The notes below the pieces were generated by a model that was given only the letters and a program-made list of their open reading frames with translations, was not told the DNA's origin and did no database searches. This document shows positions 9,577 through 20,438 of a DNA stretch of 64,000 bases, piece after piece. Numbering within the stretch: position 1 is the first letter of the stretch; the number at the start of each line of letters is the position of its first letter. The stretch comes from an uncultured bacterium (GTDB lineage Bacteria; Babelota; Babeliae; Babelales; RVW-14): NCBI GenBank assembly GCA_963759805.1, contig CAVXAT010000001.1, positions 160,001 to 224,000 of the forward strand, read 5' to 3'. Position numbers and translations under genes: made by a program.

Positions 9577-10161
9577 ATGGGAAATGCAAATATTTTAAAT
9601 ATTTTGAGATCAAAATCGTCCGTTTTGACATTTAAAGAGATTTTAATCGCCTCCGGCGAGCAAAAACCTAATCTTTTAAAAAGGCGATTAAGTTACTATG
9701 TACAAAAGGGTGAGTTGCATTCCATTCGGCGGGGATTGTATGCGAAAGATAAAAATTATGACAGGCTTGAGTTGGCAACAAAAATATTTACACCATCATA
9801 CATAAGTTTTGAAACCATTTTGATAGAAGCCGGTATCATATTTCAGCATTACGCCAAGATTTTTGTTGCAACATATCAAACTAAAGAAATTGAGTGCGAC
9901 GGACAGTTATATTCATTCAGAAAAATCAAAGATATTATTCTTGTGAATAATGCCGGCATCGAAAACAGGGGAAATTATTTTGTTGCCTCAAAAGAACGTG
10001 CGTTTCTGGATGTTCTTTATCTAAATAAAGATTATCACTTTGATAATCTATCTCCACTTGATTTAGATAAAGTAAACTCTCTTTTGCCCATTTACAATAA
10101 CAAGCGGATGATTCAAAGAGTAAATAGATATTTCAAAAATTTTAAAGCGGATGGGTTATAA
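9577..10161 (+). CDS. AbiEi-like type IV antitoxin
   Basis: wHTH IRRGLY, PSYISFET and ASKERAFLDVLYL motifs; upstream of the AbiEii-like gene. Confidence 0.8.
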   Translation: MGNANILNILRSKSSVLTFKEILIASGEQKPNLLKRRLSYYVQKGELHSIRRGLYAKDKNYDRLELATKIFTPSYISFETILIEAGIIFQHYAKIFVATYQTKEIECDGQLYSFRKIKDIILVNNAGIENRGNYFVASKERAFLDVLYLNKDYHFDNLSPLDLDKVNSLLPIYNNKRMIQRVNRYFKNFKADGL

Positions 10162-10879
10162 TATGACTTTAGAAATAGCTACACACAGAAGTCTTCTGAT
10201 TCATATTTTAAAGGACATCTTTACAGATACGGAGCTTGGTCCATTACTTGGATTCAAAGGGGGAACTGCTGCTTATCTGTTTTATGATTTAGGACGTTTT
10301 TCGGTGGATTTGGATTTTGATTTGCTCGATTCAAGCAAAGAGGATCTAGCCTTTGAAAATTTAAAAAATATTCTGCAAAAATATGGCTTAGTAACAGAGG
10401 CTCGAAAAAAAAGATTCAGTTTTTTTTACCTGCTGTCATACAGTAATAAAATTCAAAATGCATACAATATAAAAGTTGAAGTCAATCGAAGAGCCTTCGG
10501 ATCAAAGTATGAATTAAAATCTTATCTTGGTATCCCTATGAAGGTCATGGTGCGCGAGGATATGGCTGCGCATAAATTGGTTGCAATGTTTGAGCGTATT
10601 GGTAAAACCAATCGTGACATTTTTGATGTGTGGTTTTTTTTAAAAAACAATTGGCCAATTAATGAAAAAATTATTGAAAAACGAACAGGCTTGTCTATGC
10701 AACAGTTTTTACAAAAATGCATTGATGCGCTTGGGGAAATGAGTGATCGCGGTATATTGTCAGGGATCGGCGAACTACTTGATGCAAAACAAAAATTGTG
10801 GGTAAAAGAGAAGCTACGCAGCGAAACCATCTTCTTGCTCAAATTAAGACTGGAATCTTCACATATTTCAAACTATTGA
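10151..10879 (+). CDS. AbiEii-family nucleotidyltransferase toxin
   Basis: FKGGTA...RFSVDLDF...AHKLVA...RDIFD. Confidence 0.9.
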   Translation: MGYNMTLEIATHRSLLIHILKDIFTDTELGPLLGFKGGTAAYLFYDLGRFSVDLDFDLLDSSKEDLAFENLKNILQKYGLVTEARKKRFSFFYLLSYSNKIQNAYNIKVEVNRRAFGSKYELKSYLGIPMKVMVREDMAAHKLVAMFERIGKTNRDIFDVWFFLKNNWPINEKIIEKRTGLSMQQFLQKCIDALGEMSDRGILSGIGELLDAKQKLWVKEKLRSETIFLLKLRLESSHISNY

Positions 10880-10940
10880 CTTTCAATCCCGATAGTTTTT
10901 TAAACTGTATGCAATTATTATTAAAATATGATTAGAAATC

Positions 10941-12506
10941 GTGGGTAAGGAATCTTCGGGGTCACTTTTTTTAAGGGAGAAGGTAATGAAGCTGTTTTTT
11001 GGCTTACGCCATATGGTTATTCTATCCTTGGCAATCGTTTTTACATCTGTTGTTTTTGTAAATGCAGAGCAAGTAAACGCAACGCAATCGGATGGGAAGC
11101 GATTGCACATTCTTGATACTATTGCTACATATTCGCATGAAATAGGGAGTACTATAGCTGCAGATTTTCATGACATGTTCAATTATGTTGAAGATGTTTT
11201 TAATATTAAACCTGGCAGTACTTCTAGATTTAAATATGATGCCACGCTTGTTGGTTTTGTTAATTCTGCCGATGGCATTGGTAGACATCCAATTCTGTTC
11301 AAGGAGTGTCTTGAAAAAAATGTTAAAATGAATTTTTTAAGTACTCGAAATATTCCTGCGGAAATCGAAGATTCGCAACTTGGCCTTGCTCGCCTTGATC
11401 TTGCGAACAAGCAGGATATAGGCGCGGTTTCTATCCTGCTCGATATTATTGCAGATAAAGAGCTAAATATTTATAAAAAAATGCCTGACAGTCCTATCAA
11501 AATTGCTTATACAATGTTTGAATCTACAGCTATTCCGGATAATTGGGTGTCAATCTTAAATAATAAATTTGATATGGCCATTGTTCCGGATCAATATCTT
11601 ATTGAGGTGTATAAAAACTGTGGGGTTCAGATACCAATTTTTGTTTTACCATTGCCATTGATGTTGCAGAAATTTTTGGATTCAACGTCTCAGGTGCGAG
11701 ATCATAAGCCATTTGTTTTTGGGATGACAGGAGGCTTTTGGAAAAGAAAGAATCACATACATGTCTTAAAAGCATTTGCGCGGGAATTTGGTAATAGTCA
11801 AAGAGTTAGGCTAAAGTTGCATGGACGTTTTGGTAAAGATGAGATTATTAAAGAGTTATACGATGAGATTGCTAAATATCAGCTTACAAACGTGGAGGTT
11901 ATAGTTAAGCCGTTTACGTCGGATGAATATTTAAATTTTTTCCAATCTCTTGATTGCTATGTCCTTTTATCAATGGGTGAGGGATTTTCTATCACACCTC
12001 GTGAAGCTCTTGCTTGTGGAATACCATGTATTTTAACTGATAATACCGCACAAAAAACTATTTGCAATTCAGGTTCTGTTAGAGTTGTGAGATCAGAATA
12101 TTTAGTGCCTGCTATCTACGATTGCCACTACTCAAATCGTGTTGCTGATCAGACCTTGGATGTTGCAGATAGATCTTTGCAGATTAGTAATTGTGATGCG
12201 TTAGTTGCCGATGAGGATTTTTTATTGAGATCAGGCGATATTGGATATCAGTTTGATTGTACGTTACACGATGCACGCGAAGCCATGCGTGATGTCTATA
12301 AAAATTACAGTGATTATCTAGAAAAAGCATCTTATGGAAGGGAATGGGTTAAATGCTATCTAAAGGAAAAGTTAATTGATAAATATGTTAGTGTGGTCAA
12401 GCCCGAAACAGTAATACTAGGGAAGGAGAATATCATTGGGGATAAGTTCCTGATGACCAACTCAAAAAAACTGTATGAAAAATATAAGTATATACTGGGT
12501 AATTAG
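10941..12506 (+). CDS. GT-B (GT4-like) glycosyltransferase with N-terminal signal peptide
   Basis: YTMFEST, RKN, DCYVLLSMGEGFSITPREALACGIPCI. Likely start is the ATG at 10986, followed by a hydrophobic leader ending VNA. Confidence 0.85.
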   Translation: MGKESSGSLFLREKVMKLFFGLRHMVILSLAIVFTSVVFVNAEQVNATQSDGKRLHILDTIATYSHEIGSTIAADFHDMFNYVEDVFNIKPGSTSRFKYDATLVGFVNSADGIGRHPILFKECLEKNVKMNFLSTRNIPAEIEDSQLGLARLDLANKQDIGAVSILLDIIADKELNIYKKMPDSPIKIAYTMFESTAIPDNWVSILNNKFDMAIVPDQYLIEVYKNCGVQIPIFVLPLPLMLQKFLDSTSQVRDHKPFVFGMTGGFWKRKNHIHVLKAFAREFGNSQRVRLKLHGRFGKDEIIKELYDEIAKYQLTNVEVIVKPFTSDEYLNFFQSLDCYVLLSMGEGFSITPREALACGIPCILTDNTAQKTICNSGSVRVVRSEYLVPAIYDCHYSNRVADQTLDVADRSLQISNCDALVADEDFLLRSGDIGYQFDCTLHDAREAMRDVYKNYSDYLEKASYGREWVKCYLKEKLIDKYVSVVKPETVILGKENIIGDKFLMTNSKKLYEKYKYILGN

Positions 12507-12654
12507 TAATATATGAACTAAAACCCGGAGTGTTATTTATATTTTGTAGATTTAAAACAGTTGGGAGTGCCGTGAATTTTATTATAAAAATTTTATTATT
12601 GGGTGGCTTGTTATGGTATCTGTTTGCTCATGCATTTACTCAAACATCAAAATG

Positions 12655-12688
12655 CACAAAGCCCTCTGCGAAAACAGAGGGCTTTGTG
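12655..12688. terminator. Hairpin between convergent genes
   Basis: CACAAAGCCCTCTG-cgaaaa-CAGAGGGCTTTGTG, a perfect 14-bp stem. Confidence 0.8.
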
Positions 12689-12726
12689 TTAAACAAATGA
12701 TATATTTTATTGGCTAATATTTTACT

Positions 12727-13629
12727 TTATTGAACTGTATGTTTTGCAAGCTGGCTTGAAACAAACTTGAATGCCATAGTTTCAACAGGATTGAACTCGC
12801 CACGTGGAATGTTTAAAGCATCATCTAAAATTGTTTCAGAAACAAATCTAAATGTGAGAGCTTTAACAATTTTTGTGACTTTATAACGATTATCTAACAG
12901 ATTAAAACATTGAGTTTTAAATTCCTCGCTGTAGCAAAGATCAGCTATAGCACGTGCATTGTTGATCAATAGATCGATAAGTGTTGTTGTTTCTTGATCC
13001 ACTTTGCCGTACACGGACATAATAGCAGAATCTCCTGCAAAATAAATATTTGACGAATCCTGTTTGCATTCACTGCATATTTCAATAATATTCAGAAGGT
13101 TACTTTTTGTGTTACCAAATAAATTCACAAGCGTGTTTTTTAGTTCTTGATTTAATGGAGTATTAAAGAATCCGTTTTTTAGTGGATATAAGAAATTGTC
13201 TTTTCCATAAATTTCAAAAGGCACTTCGATTAATGCTTGTAAATCAGCAATAAATTCTTGAGAGTAATAATCTTCGATATTTACGTTACGTCTTATATTT
13301 TTGGCAAGTATAGTCAAACTCTCTTCACTAACATATGGCCATATTTCTGCAGGTGTATTTTTGATTTTTGCAATGGTTGCTTTTATATCAAATTTTCCGG
13401 CCAAAAGATCATCAAGTGCTTCCTGCGATGTCTTTTTTATGAAAGCCTCAGCAACTTTCTGATTTTCATAATATTCGTTCCAACTAGTTTTTACATCATT
13501 TAGAAATTGCTTATTTACCATTGCTTCTGAAAAACATACCGGAGCAAGATTCAGAAATACAAGACCGTAAAACAACTTTTTCATTGTAAAATCCTTATGT
13601 TTGACCAACTTTAACTTCACATTTTTCAT
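12727..13629 (-). CDS. Hypothetical secreted protein
   Basis: 300-aa ORF; internal MKKLFYGLVFLNLAPVCFSEAM looks like the true signal-peptide start; no recognised domain. Confidence 0.7.
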   Translation of the reverse strand: MKNVKLKLVKHKDFTMKKLFYGLVFLNLAPVCFSEAMVNKQFLNDVKTSWNEYYENQKVAEAFIKKTSQEALDDLLAGKFDIKATIAKIKNTPAEIWPYVSEESLTILAKNIRRNVNIEDYYSQEFIADLQALIEVPFEIYGKDNFLYPLKNGFFNTPLNQELKNTLVNLFGNTKSNLLNIIEICSECKQDSSNIYFAGDSAIMSVYGKVDQETTTLIDLLINNARAIADLCYSEEFKTQCFNLLDNRYKVTKIVKALTFRFVSETILDDALNIPRGEFNPVETMAFKFVSSQLAKHTVQ

Positions 13630-13770
13630 AGTATGCCATAGGTTTAAATAAAGAAAAGCCTTTATTTAAAGGTTTTTTTGGATAAAATTTTAAAGTGCCG
13701 AAATTTTAAATATTTGAATTTTTGTTGTAAAAAATATTAGTAGCGCTTTTCAATTGAATAATTTTGGGGC

Positions 13771-14217
13771 ATGATAAATCCAGGCCATAAATCAAGGGAG
13801 CCCAAAATGATTAAATATGAGTTAATTCCGCATACTGCTGATATTCGGTTAAAAATTAGTGGAGCAACGCAAGAGGAGCTTTTTACTGCCTCCTTGCAGG
13901 GTATGTCGAGTATTCTGAAAAAAGATGTGCAAATAGATAAGCTAACTGAAAGTAAAGAGATCAAGATTAAATCTTGCGATATGACCTCTCTTCTTATTGA
14001 TTTTTTGTCTGAGGTCCTGACTGCATCCCAAATTCAAAAAACAGTTTTTTATAAAATTAAGTTTTTGAAACTAGGTGAAAACGAGCTTCATGCTATAATC
14101 AGTGGCACGAAAGTAAATGCTTTTTGCGAAGATATTAAGGCTGTGACTTATCATGAAGCTGATGTGCATAAAAATGTGTCAGGAGATTTGGAAACTGCTA
14201 TTGTTTTTGATATTTAA
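13771..14217 (+). CDS. Archease
   Basis: YELIPHTADI, LLIDFLSE, DIKAVTYH and terminal VFDI. Confidence 0.93.
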   Translation: MINPGHKSREPKMIKYELIPHTADIRLKISGATQEELFTASLQGMSSILKKDVQIDKLTESKEIKIKSCDMTSLLIDFLSEVLTASQIQKTVFYKIKFLKLGENELHAIISGTKVNAFCEDIKAVTYHEADVHKNVSGDLETAIVFDI

Positions 14218-14223
14218 GGCTAG

Positions 14224-14388
14224 TTCGATAATTCAGGAAAAGGGCTCAAGGTGTCAAAGATGTCTTCCGATTGGAGATTTGTCATCCTGAACTCGTTTCA
14301 GGATCCATCGATAAATTTATTCAAAATTTCTGCAAAGAAGCAATAGGAGCAACTAATCCATGGATCCTGAAATAAATTCAGGATGACA
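14224..14388 (+). repeat. ~165-bp REPIN/MITE-like element, copy 1
   Basis: TTCGATAAT...GAGATTT leader, then two inverted family-A palindromes (14281 and ending 14387) with a conserved spacer; homologous to 27850-28014 and 53293-53459. Confidence 0.85.
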
Positions 14389-14486
14389 AAATTACGAGTC
14401 AAAAGACTTTTTTCAGTAAGTGTGGCACGTTTTGTTGGGTTGTCGGACTGTCCTTATTTAATGTTCAGGGTATTTAGGACCAAACT

Positions 14487-15930
14487 ATGATTACAAAATC
14501 CAATTTGATAAAAATATCACCGGTGTTGTGGGAGATTTCAAAAAATTTCAGATCGGATATGCGTGTTCCTGCACGAATTTTTGCAACTGAGCAGATGCTT
14601 GATGACATTCTCAAAGATCGTTCACTTGAGCAACTTGTCAATGTTGCATGCCTGCCCGGCATTCAAGGTTGGGCTCTTGCTATGCCCGATGCTCATGAAG
14701 GGTATGGGTTTCCAATCGGGGGTGTGGCTGCAATTAAATACCCTGACGGAGTTATATCCCCAGGCGGAATTGGTTATGACATCAACTGTGGTGTGCGACT
14801 TTTAAAATCAAATTTAGATTACTCACAAATTCAAGATCGGCTTGAAGATTTAGCAAAAAAAATCTATAAAATAATTCCGTCCGGTGTTGGGCAGGGTGGA
14901 AAAATAAAAATTTCAAAGCCTGAATTAGATAATGTTTTGGTAAATGGGGTTAACTGGGCAGTTAAGCAGGGGTATGCAGAGCAGAATGACCTGAGTCGCA
15001 TTGAGTCTGACGGTTGCATGCAGGGCGCTGATTCAGATAAAGTTTCGCAAGAGGCAAAAGAGCGTGGGCTTGACCAGCTTGGAACTCTTGGTTCGGGCAA
15101 TCATTTTGCAGAGATTGATTTTGTGGATGAAGATTTATGATGAGGCAACAGCGCAAGTGTTTGGTTTGCGCAAAAATCAGATTGTTGTTCTGATTCACAC
15201 CGGTTCGCGTGGGCTTGGGCATCAAGTTGCAACTGATTATATAAGAAAGATGGTGGCAGTTATGGGAAGTTATGGAATTACGATGCCGGACAGGGAACTT
15301 GCCTGTGTTCCATTTTCAAGCACTGAAGGTAAAGATTATTTTTCTGCCATGTCGGCTGCTGCAAATTTTGCTTGGACTAATCGCCAACTGATTACTTGGC
15401 ATATGCGGAATGTTTGGGCGCAGGAGTTTGGCGAATCAGAAAAATTAACACTGCTTTATGATCTGGCTCATAATATTGCAAAAATAGAGACACATGATGT
15501 TAATGGAAAAAAACAGCCTTTGCTTGTTCATCGCAAAGGTGCGACGCGTGCATTTGGCCCAAATCATCCTGAGTTACCTGACTATTTTAAATTAACCGGG
15601 CAACCTGTTTTAATTCCGGGAAGTATGGGTACATCCTCTTATGTTTTGGCGGGATCTGGAGCAGGAATGAATTTGTCATTTGGTTCATCATGTCATGGAG
15701 CGGGGCGCAAAATGTCGCGTGCCGCTGCAAGCAAAATAATGCAAGGTAAAACTGTGCGTGAAAAACTTTTTAATCAGGGTATTCATGTTCAGGCCGGTTC
15801 TATGTCAGATTTATCTGAAGAGGCTCCTTTTGCATACAAGGATGTTGACCAGGTTATACAAGTTGTGCATGCTGCAGGCATTGCAAATAAAGTTGCAAGA
15901 TTAAAACCTTGTGTGGTTATCAAGGGATAG
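14487..15930 (+). pseudogene. rtcB: RtcB RNA ligase with one +1 frameshift near 15132 (pseudogene or sequencing error)
   Basis: MPDAHEGYGFPIGG, GYDINCGVRL and QLGTLGSGNHF in one frame; HTGSRGLG, AHN, HRKGATRA, PGSMG, SSCHGAGR and EEAPFAYK in the next. Removing one G restores VDEIYDE. Confidence 0.9.
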
Positions 15931-16471
15931 AATTGTGAATAAAATTTTGACAAATAAAGTTTTGATGCAGGATTTTTTTGACCGGCCTGTTGTTGATGTT
16001 GCCAAAGATTTATTAGGAAAATCTTTAGTCGGAAAAATCGGCACACAAGAAATTCATCTTGAAATCAATGAAGTCGAAGCCTATGATGGTCCTCAAGATT
16101 TGGCATGTCATGGACGTTTTGGTAAAACCAAAAGAACAGAACCAATGTTTGGTCCGGCGGGACATTTTTATGTTTATTTTGTTTACGGTGTTCACTGGAT
16201 GCTAAATATTGTGACAGGGCCGGAAAATTATCCGGCTGCTGTTTTAATTAGAGGTGCAGGCAAATTTAATGGTCCGGCAAAATTAACAAAGTTTTTGCAG
16301 ATTGATAAAAAGTTTAATTCAAAATTGGCTGCTCCGGAAACAGGCCTATGGATTGAAGATTGCGGACTTGTTGTTTTAAATAAAAATATTATTGCCACGT
16401 CAAGAATTGGTGTTGAGTATGCAGGTCCTGTTTGGTCTAAAAAACTTTATAGATTTTTGGCTAAAAATTAA
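15911..16471 (+). CDS. mpg: DNA-3-methyladenine glycosylase (MPG/AAG family)
   Basis: EVEAYDG..D.ACH, YVYFVYGVH, AVLIRG, GPAKL, RIGV. Confidence 0.93.
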   Translation: MWLSRDRIVNKILTNKVLMQDFFDRPVVDVAKDLLGKSLVGKIGTQEIHLEINEVEAYDGPQDLACHGRFGKTKRTEPMFGPAGHFYVYFVYGVHWMLNIVTGPENYPAAVLIRGAGKFNGPAKLTKFLQIDKKFNSKLAAPETGLWIEDCGLVVLNKNIIATSRIGVEYAGPVWSKKLYRFLAKN

Positions 16472-16563
16472 TGTATTTGATATGAATTTATAAAAACTTG
16501 ATTTATTTAAATTTTAGAAGATATCTTTAGAGTAGTTTTTAAAATTTAAAAAAAGGTAGAGAG

Positions 16564-19500
16564 ATGATTGTGCAATCAAAAATTATTAAAAAGATAATCT
16601 TTTGTTTCTGGCTACTTGGTCTTGTAACGTGCGGATTTTTTGAACCCCAAATATTTGCTGTTGACGATTCAGCCTACCGGGACCACGGTTGGGCAATGTT
16701 GGATTCAGTTCGTAGTGTTATGCCATATCCTGTAACTTTTTATGCCATGTCCCGCGGGTTGCAGTCGCGCATGCATGACGGGATGATTGTAAGAATTAAG
16801 TCTTTAAAAACCGGATTTGGAAGTTATTATAAATTGGAAAAAGATAACAACGGGGTTTGGGCTCTTAGAGCTAAAGGCAAGAACCCAAAAGAGTTGTCAT
16901 CACAATTTTTAGTGTCAATTTCAGACAAATATATTACATTGACCTCCGAAGTTGCTGACGGATTTTTGCTTGCATCAACACCAGATTTTAATGTGACGCT
17001 GGTAAATGAAAAGGATGTAAAAAGTGATAGCACCAAGACAGATTCTACACTTTGGGAGTTAACTGAAGATCCAAACTCTGGTGATACGCTTGACTCCTGT
17101 TATTTAAAAAATAAGGCTACTGGCGGACTGTTAACCGCCTCATATGATTCTTCTGATTCTTCTGGGGGAAATGTGGATGCTCAGATAACCAATTTAAAAG
17201 CCCAAATAGATCCATTAGAAAAAGCTACGCCATATCTAACAATTACGTATGCAATGACACAGGCTGCTTCTATTGCAAAAGGTGGTACCGATATTAAAGA
17301 TATTTTGAATCAAAAAATTAAGGATTATGTTATAGATCCTAAAGACGGCTCGCATGTGCAAGTTAGTGGAGCTGGCGGGGTGCTTGAAATATTGCCAACA
17401 GCTCCTTGGATAGAGCAGTGGACTGGGTTATCAAAGGGATCGTGGAATGCTTGGCACTGGACTGTTGGGCAAGCTCGTGATATAGAAGTGCACTATACTG
17501 AGGGAGCTGATAATACTGAAAAGACATATCATACTACCGAAGATGCTGACATGCCTAATCCGCTTTTTTATATTAAAGCTGATCCAACCAAACATCCGGC
17601 ATGGCCTTTGAGGCAGAAATTAATAGCGCTTGCAAATAAATCTCAAGAAGCGGGAGCTTTGAATCTAAAAAATAGCGATATTGCACATACCGGTTATGGG
17701 ACAACTCCATTTGATCCAAACCAGTGGTCTAAAGTTGCAATTGAGCCTGTTGTTGATCTTGGAGAAGATAGTAATGTAGATACGCAAAGCATAACAATAG
17801 CCGCTGCACAGGAGGGTGGTTCTGTTGTTACGGATCTTAAGGATAAGGCCATCTGGATACATAAACACCCTGAGTTTGAAGGTTATTTCAAAGAGACTCA
17901 GGACTTTGGGCCGGGAGACGTTATTACCGTTAATCCGCTTAATTCAAAGGGTTATGTCTGGCTTGATAAAACATTCCAGACGGCAGGGTATGGAGCTGTT
18001 ACATTTAGGGCTTTTACACAGGACAGTGATATTCAAATCTGTTTTACAGCGGCAGATGAGCTTCATGCTGTTTATCGCATAGTCTTTGGGGCGCAGGCAA
18101 ATACCAAAACAGTTATTTATAAAAATGATGTTCCCGTACAGGAGATTACCAATGATCAAAGCACGCGTGCTCGCATCTCTCCGGGAAAGATTGAGAGCTT
18201 TTGGGTTAGCTTAAATAATGGATTTATTATAATCGGAAAACGTGATCCCGGAACAAATGTTATAATGGCTTGGCAAGATCCAAATCCTCCGGCCAATGTT
18301 AAGCAGATTGGTTTTAGTACATACAAATCAGTAGTTAAATACACTGACGTACAGATAATTGATAATCCGATAGTAGTAGTTGCTCCTACCGGAAAGGCTT
18401 ATGCTACTGATTCCAGCCCAATCCAAGTTGGGACATTGGATGCACCGGCATGGCATCGATTACCTCTTTCACCGCCATCTGTAGGAACAGTTGTTTTTCA
18501 GGCAACCGGCAGTGAAGAGGCAACTTTGATTTTGGCAAATGATAAAAATGAAGGGTATGCAATTACATTTGGGTCCGACGGAAATACAACGTCTAAGATT
18601 GTTGCATTGGAGAATCAACAGGAGCTTTTCAAAATTGATGCCAAATCCACGCCATTTGCTTGTCTTGATGCCGGCGGTTCGAATAAATTTTGGGTAAGTT
18701 TTTATAAAGGAATGATAATTTTGGGCAAGGGTGATATTGGTAAAAATACATTCTGCGTGTATGTTGATAACACTGTTGATAGCAATGGTAATAGCACTGT
18801 TCCGGATGGAATTTGTAAAATTGGATTTGCAGGTAATGCTACATTGCAAAATTTAGAAATCTGGCCGGAAGTTACTCTTGGTTTTGATCAGAACGTTGCC
18901 CAATTTGTTAAGCAGCACCAGAATATTCCGGTTCAAGGCAAGTTAAATATAATCTCTCCATTCGATTATGCAATTTATCAAGAGGGGCCTGCCATTACCT
19001 TCCAAAATAGAATTACGGGTATGTCTACCTATATTGCAGGTACTCCTGATTCGGGCCTTATATATCATTTTACGTTGGATATAGGTAAAGATGGCAGCCC
19101 TGATCTCATTCCGGGACAGAATGTTAAAACGGCTGAAAAAATTGTACTGGAGACAGCTGTTAAAGTTCTTCAGGCGGCACAGGATACTATTTTTAATCAG
19201 GTTATGATGACTGCTTATGAGGCAAGCCAGGAGAATGATCCAATTGAAGGCTGGATTACCGGTCCTCTAATGCTGTGTGGGGCTAGTGCCATTGGCGCCG
19301 CGGGTGCTGCGGTTTCGGCTACACAATCTGCGATACAAGCCAAGCTTGATGAGAGTAGTGCGCTTGCAAATCGTCAAATTAATACCGAAAAAATTATACG
19401 CATGGCTGGTGGTTCCACTGCCGTGAGTGATGAGGCAAAAAATAATCGACAGGCATTTGAATCTGCATTATTGACGATATTTGGGCCATTGCCCGGTGAC

Positions 19501-20394
19501 CCGAAGGACCCTAATTCAGTTGTTAACCGTGATGCAGCAGGAAAACTCGATTATAAAACCGGATTATGGGATGGGGCACTGCGATTAATAACAGATGCTT
19601 ATGTTGTTGCAGATCCGGAAAAGAAAAAGAGTGTTATCTCCGGGCTAAGTGATCTTTATAATGGCGTTATCGCTCTTGGGCTATCTGATGATACATCTCT
19701 TATTTACAATCGTATGATGAACATTTTGATCAAAGCTTACAATAATGCATACCTCACAAGCTTTGGAGATCTTTTCGATGATGCGAACAGGCATAATTGG
19801 TATATCTGGATAAATAATTTGGCAAAGCAATTTTTCGGCTCACAAGAATTTCTAAAAAAGGGAGTGGAGATAAATTTTAAGGGCGAATATTTGTGGTTCC
19901 CAATATCATTTTCCCAAGCGGGAAGTGGATCACTTACATTTGAGGTACAAGCGCAAAGCGATGTATTTGTCTGTTTTAGTGAAAATCCAGTACAATCAAG
20001 CGATATGCTCAAGCATATTTATGAAATTGTTTTTGGAGCATGGGACAATAAATTAACCGTAATCCGTCGTGAGAATTTAGGTGATGATGTTATTGAGTTT
20101 GATAACAGCAACCTTACGGACCTCTCTCCTGATCCGATGATTTTTAAAAAATACTGGATAAATATTGATAACGGAACTCTTTCAGGTGGAGTTGGTGAGC
20201 TTGGGCAGAACAAGTTATGGGAATGGACAGATCCATATACTCCCGTTGCGGTTAAATGGTTTGGATTTAGTAATTGGCTTTCGGCGATTACGATTAGAAA
20301 TGTTCAAGTTGGAGCATCGATTGGGAAAAGTGTTGGGAGCAATCCAGTGACTCAACCAGCGCAGCCACAAACAACAGATGTTGATGCGTCCTAA
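16564..20394 (+). CDS. Large secreted protein with three FAMeT-like (Methyltransf_FA) domains
   Basis: Signal peptide. Three units of the pattern F.a.a..D..vcF...Y.ivfG...N..tvI...fWv...nG....G....m.WqDp.....iGFs at about 17950-18355, 18450-18870 and 19885-20310. Gly/Ala hydrophobic segment at about 19250-19330. Confidence 0.7.
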   Translation: MIVQSKIIKKIIFCFWLLGLVTCGFFEPQIFAVDDSAYRDHGWAMLDSVRSVMPYPVTFYAMSRGLQSRMHDGMIVRIKSLKTGFGSYYKLEKDNNGVWALRAKGKNPKELSSQFLVSISDKYITLTSEVADGFLLASTPDFNVTLVNEKDVKSDSTKTDSTLWELTEDPNSGDTLDSCYLKNKATGGLLTASYDSSDSSGGNVDAQITNLKAQIDPLEKATPYLTITYAMTQAASIAKGGTDIKDILNQKIKDYVIDPKDGSHVQVSGAGGVLEILPTAPWIEQWTGLSKGSWNAWHWTVGQARDIEVHYTEGADNTEKTYHTTEDADMPNPLFYIKADPTKHPAWPLRQKLIALANKSQEAGALNLKNSDIAHTGYGTTPFDPNQWSKVAIEPVVDLGEDSNVDTQSITIAAAQEGGSVVTDLKDKAIWIHKHPEFEGYFKETQDFGPGDVITVNPLNSKGYVWLDKTFQTAGYGAVTFRAFTQDSDIQICFTAADELHAVYRIVFGAQANTKTVIYKNDVPVQEITNDQSTRARISPGKIESFWVSLNNGFIIIGKRDPGTNVIMAWQDPNPPANVKQIGFSTYKSVVKYTDVQIIDNPIVVVAPTGKAYATDSSPIQVGTLDAPAWHRLPLSPPSVGTVVFQATGSEEATLILANDKNEGYAITFGSDGNTTSKIVALENQQELFKIDAKSTPFACLDAGGSNKFWVSFYKGMIILGKGDIGKNTFCVYVDNTVDSNGNSTVPDGICKIGFAGNATLQNLEIWPEVTLGFDQNVAQFVKQHQNIPVQGKLNIISPFDYAIYQEGPAITFQNRITGMSTYIAGTPDSGLIYHFTLDIGKDGSPDLIPGQNVKTAEKIVLETAVKVLQAAQDTIFNQVMMTAYEASQENDPIEGWITGPLMLCGASAIGAAGAAVSATQSAIQAKLDESSALANRQINTEKIIRMAGGSTAVSDEAKNNRQAFESALLTIFGPLPGDPKDPNSVVNRDAAGKLDYKTGLWDGALRLITDAYVVADPEKKKSVISGLSDLYNGVIALGLSDDTSLIYNRMMNILIKAYNNAYLTSFGDLFDDANRHNWYIWINNLAKQFFGSQEFLKKGVEINFKGEYLWFPISFSQAGSGSLTFEVQAQSDVFVCFSENPVQSSDMLKHIYEIVFGAWDNKLTVIRRENLGDDVIEFDNSNLTDLSPDPMIFKKYWINIDNGTLSGGVGELGQNKLWEWTDPYTPVAVKWFGFSNWLSAITIRNVQVGASIGKSVGSNPVTQPAQPQTTDVDAS

Positions 20395-20438
20395 ACTGTT
20401 TGTAAGATGTTTTAATTTTTAACATAGGAGAAAGGTTT

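Noticed and set aside
15120..15140. Programmed frameshift in rtcB
   Set aside because: No slippery heptamer or obvious stimulatory structure; a single-base insertion or sequencing error is simpler.
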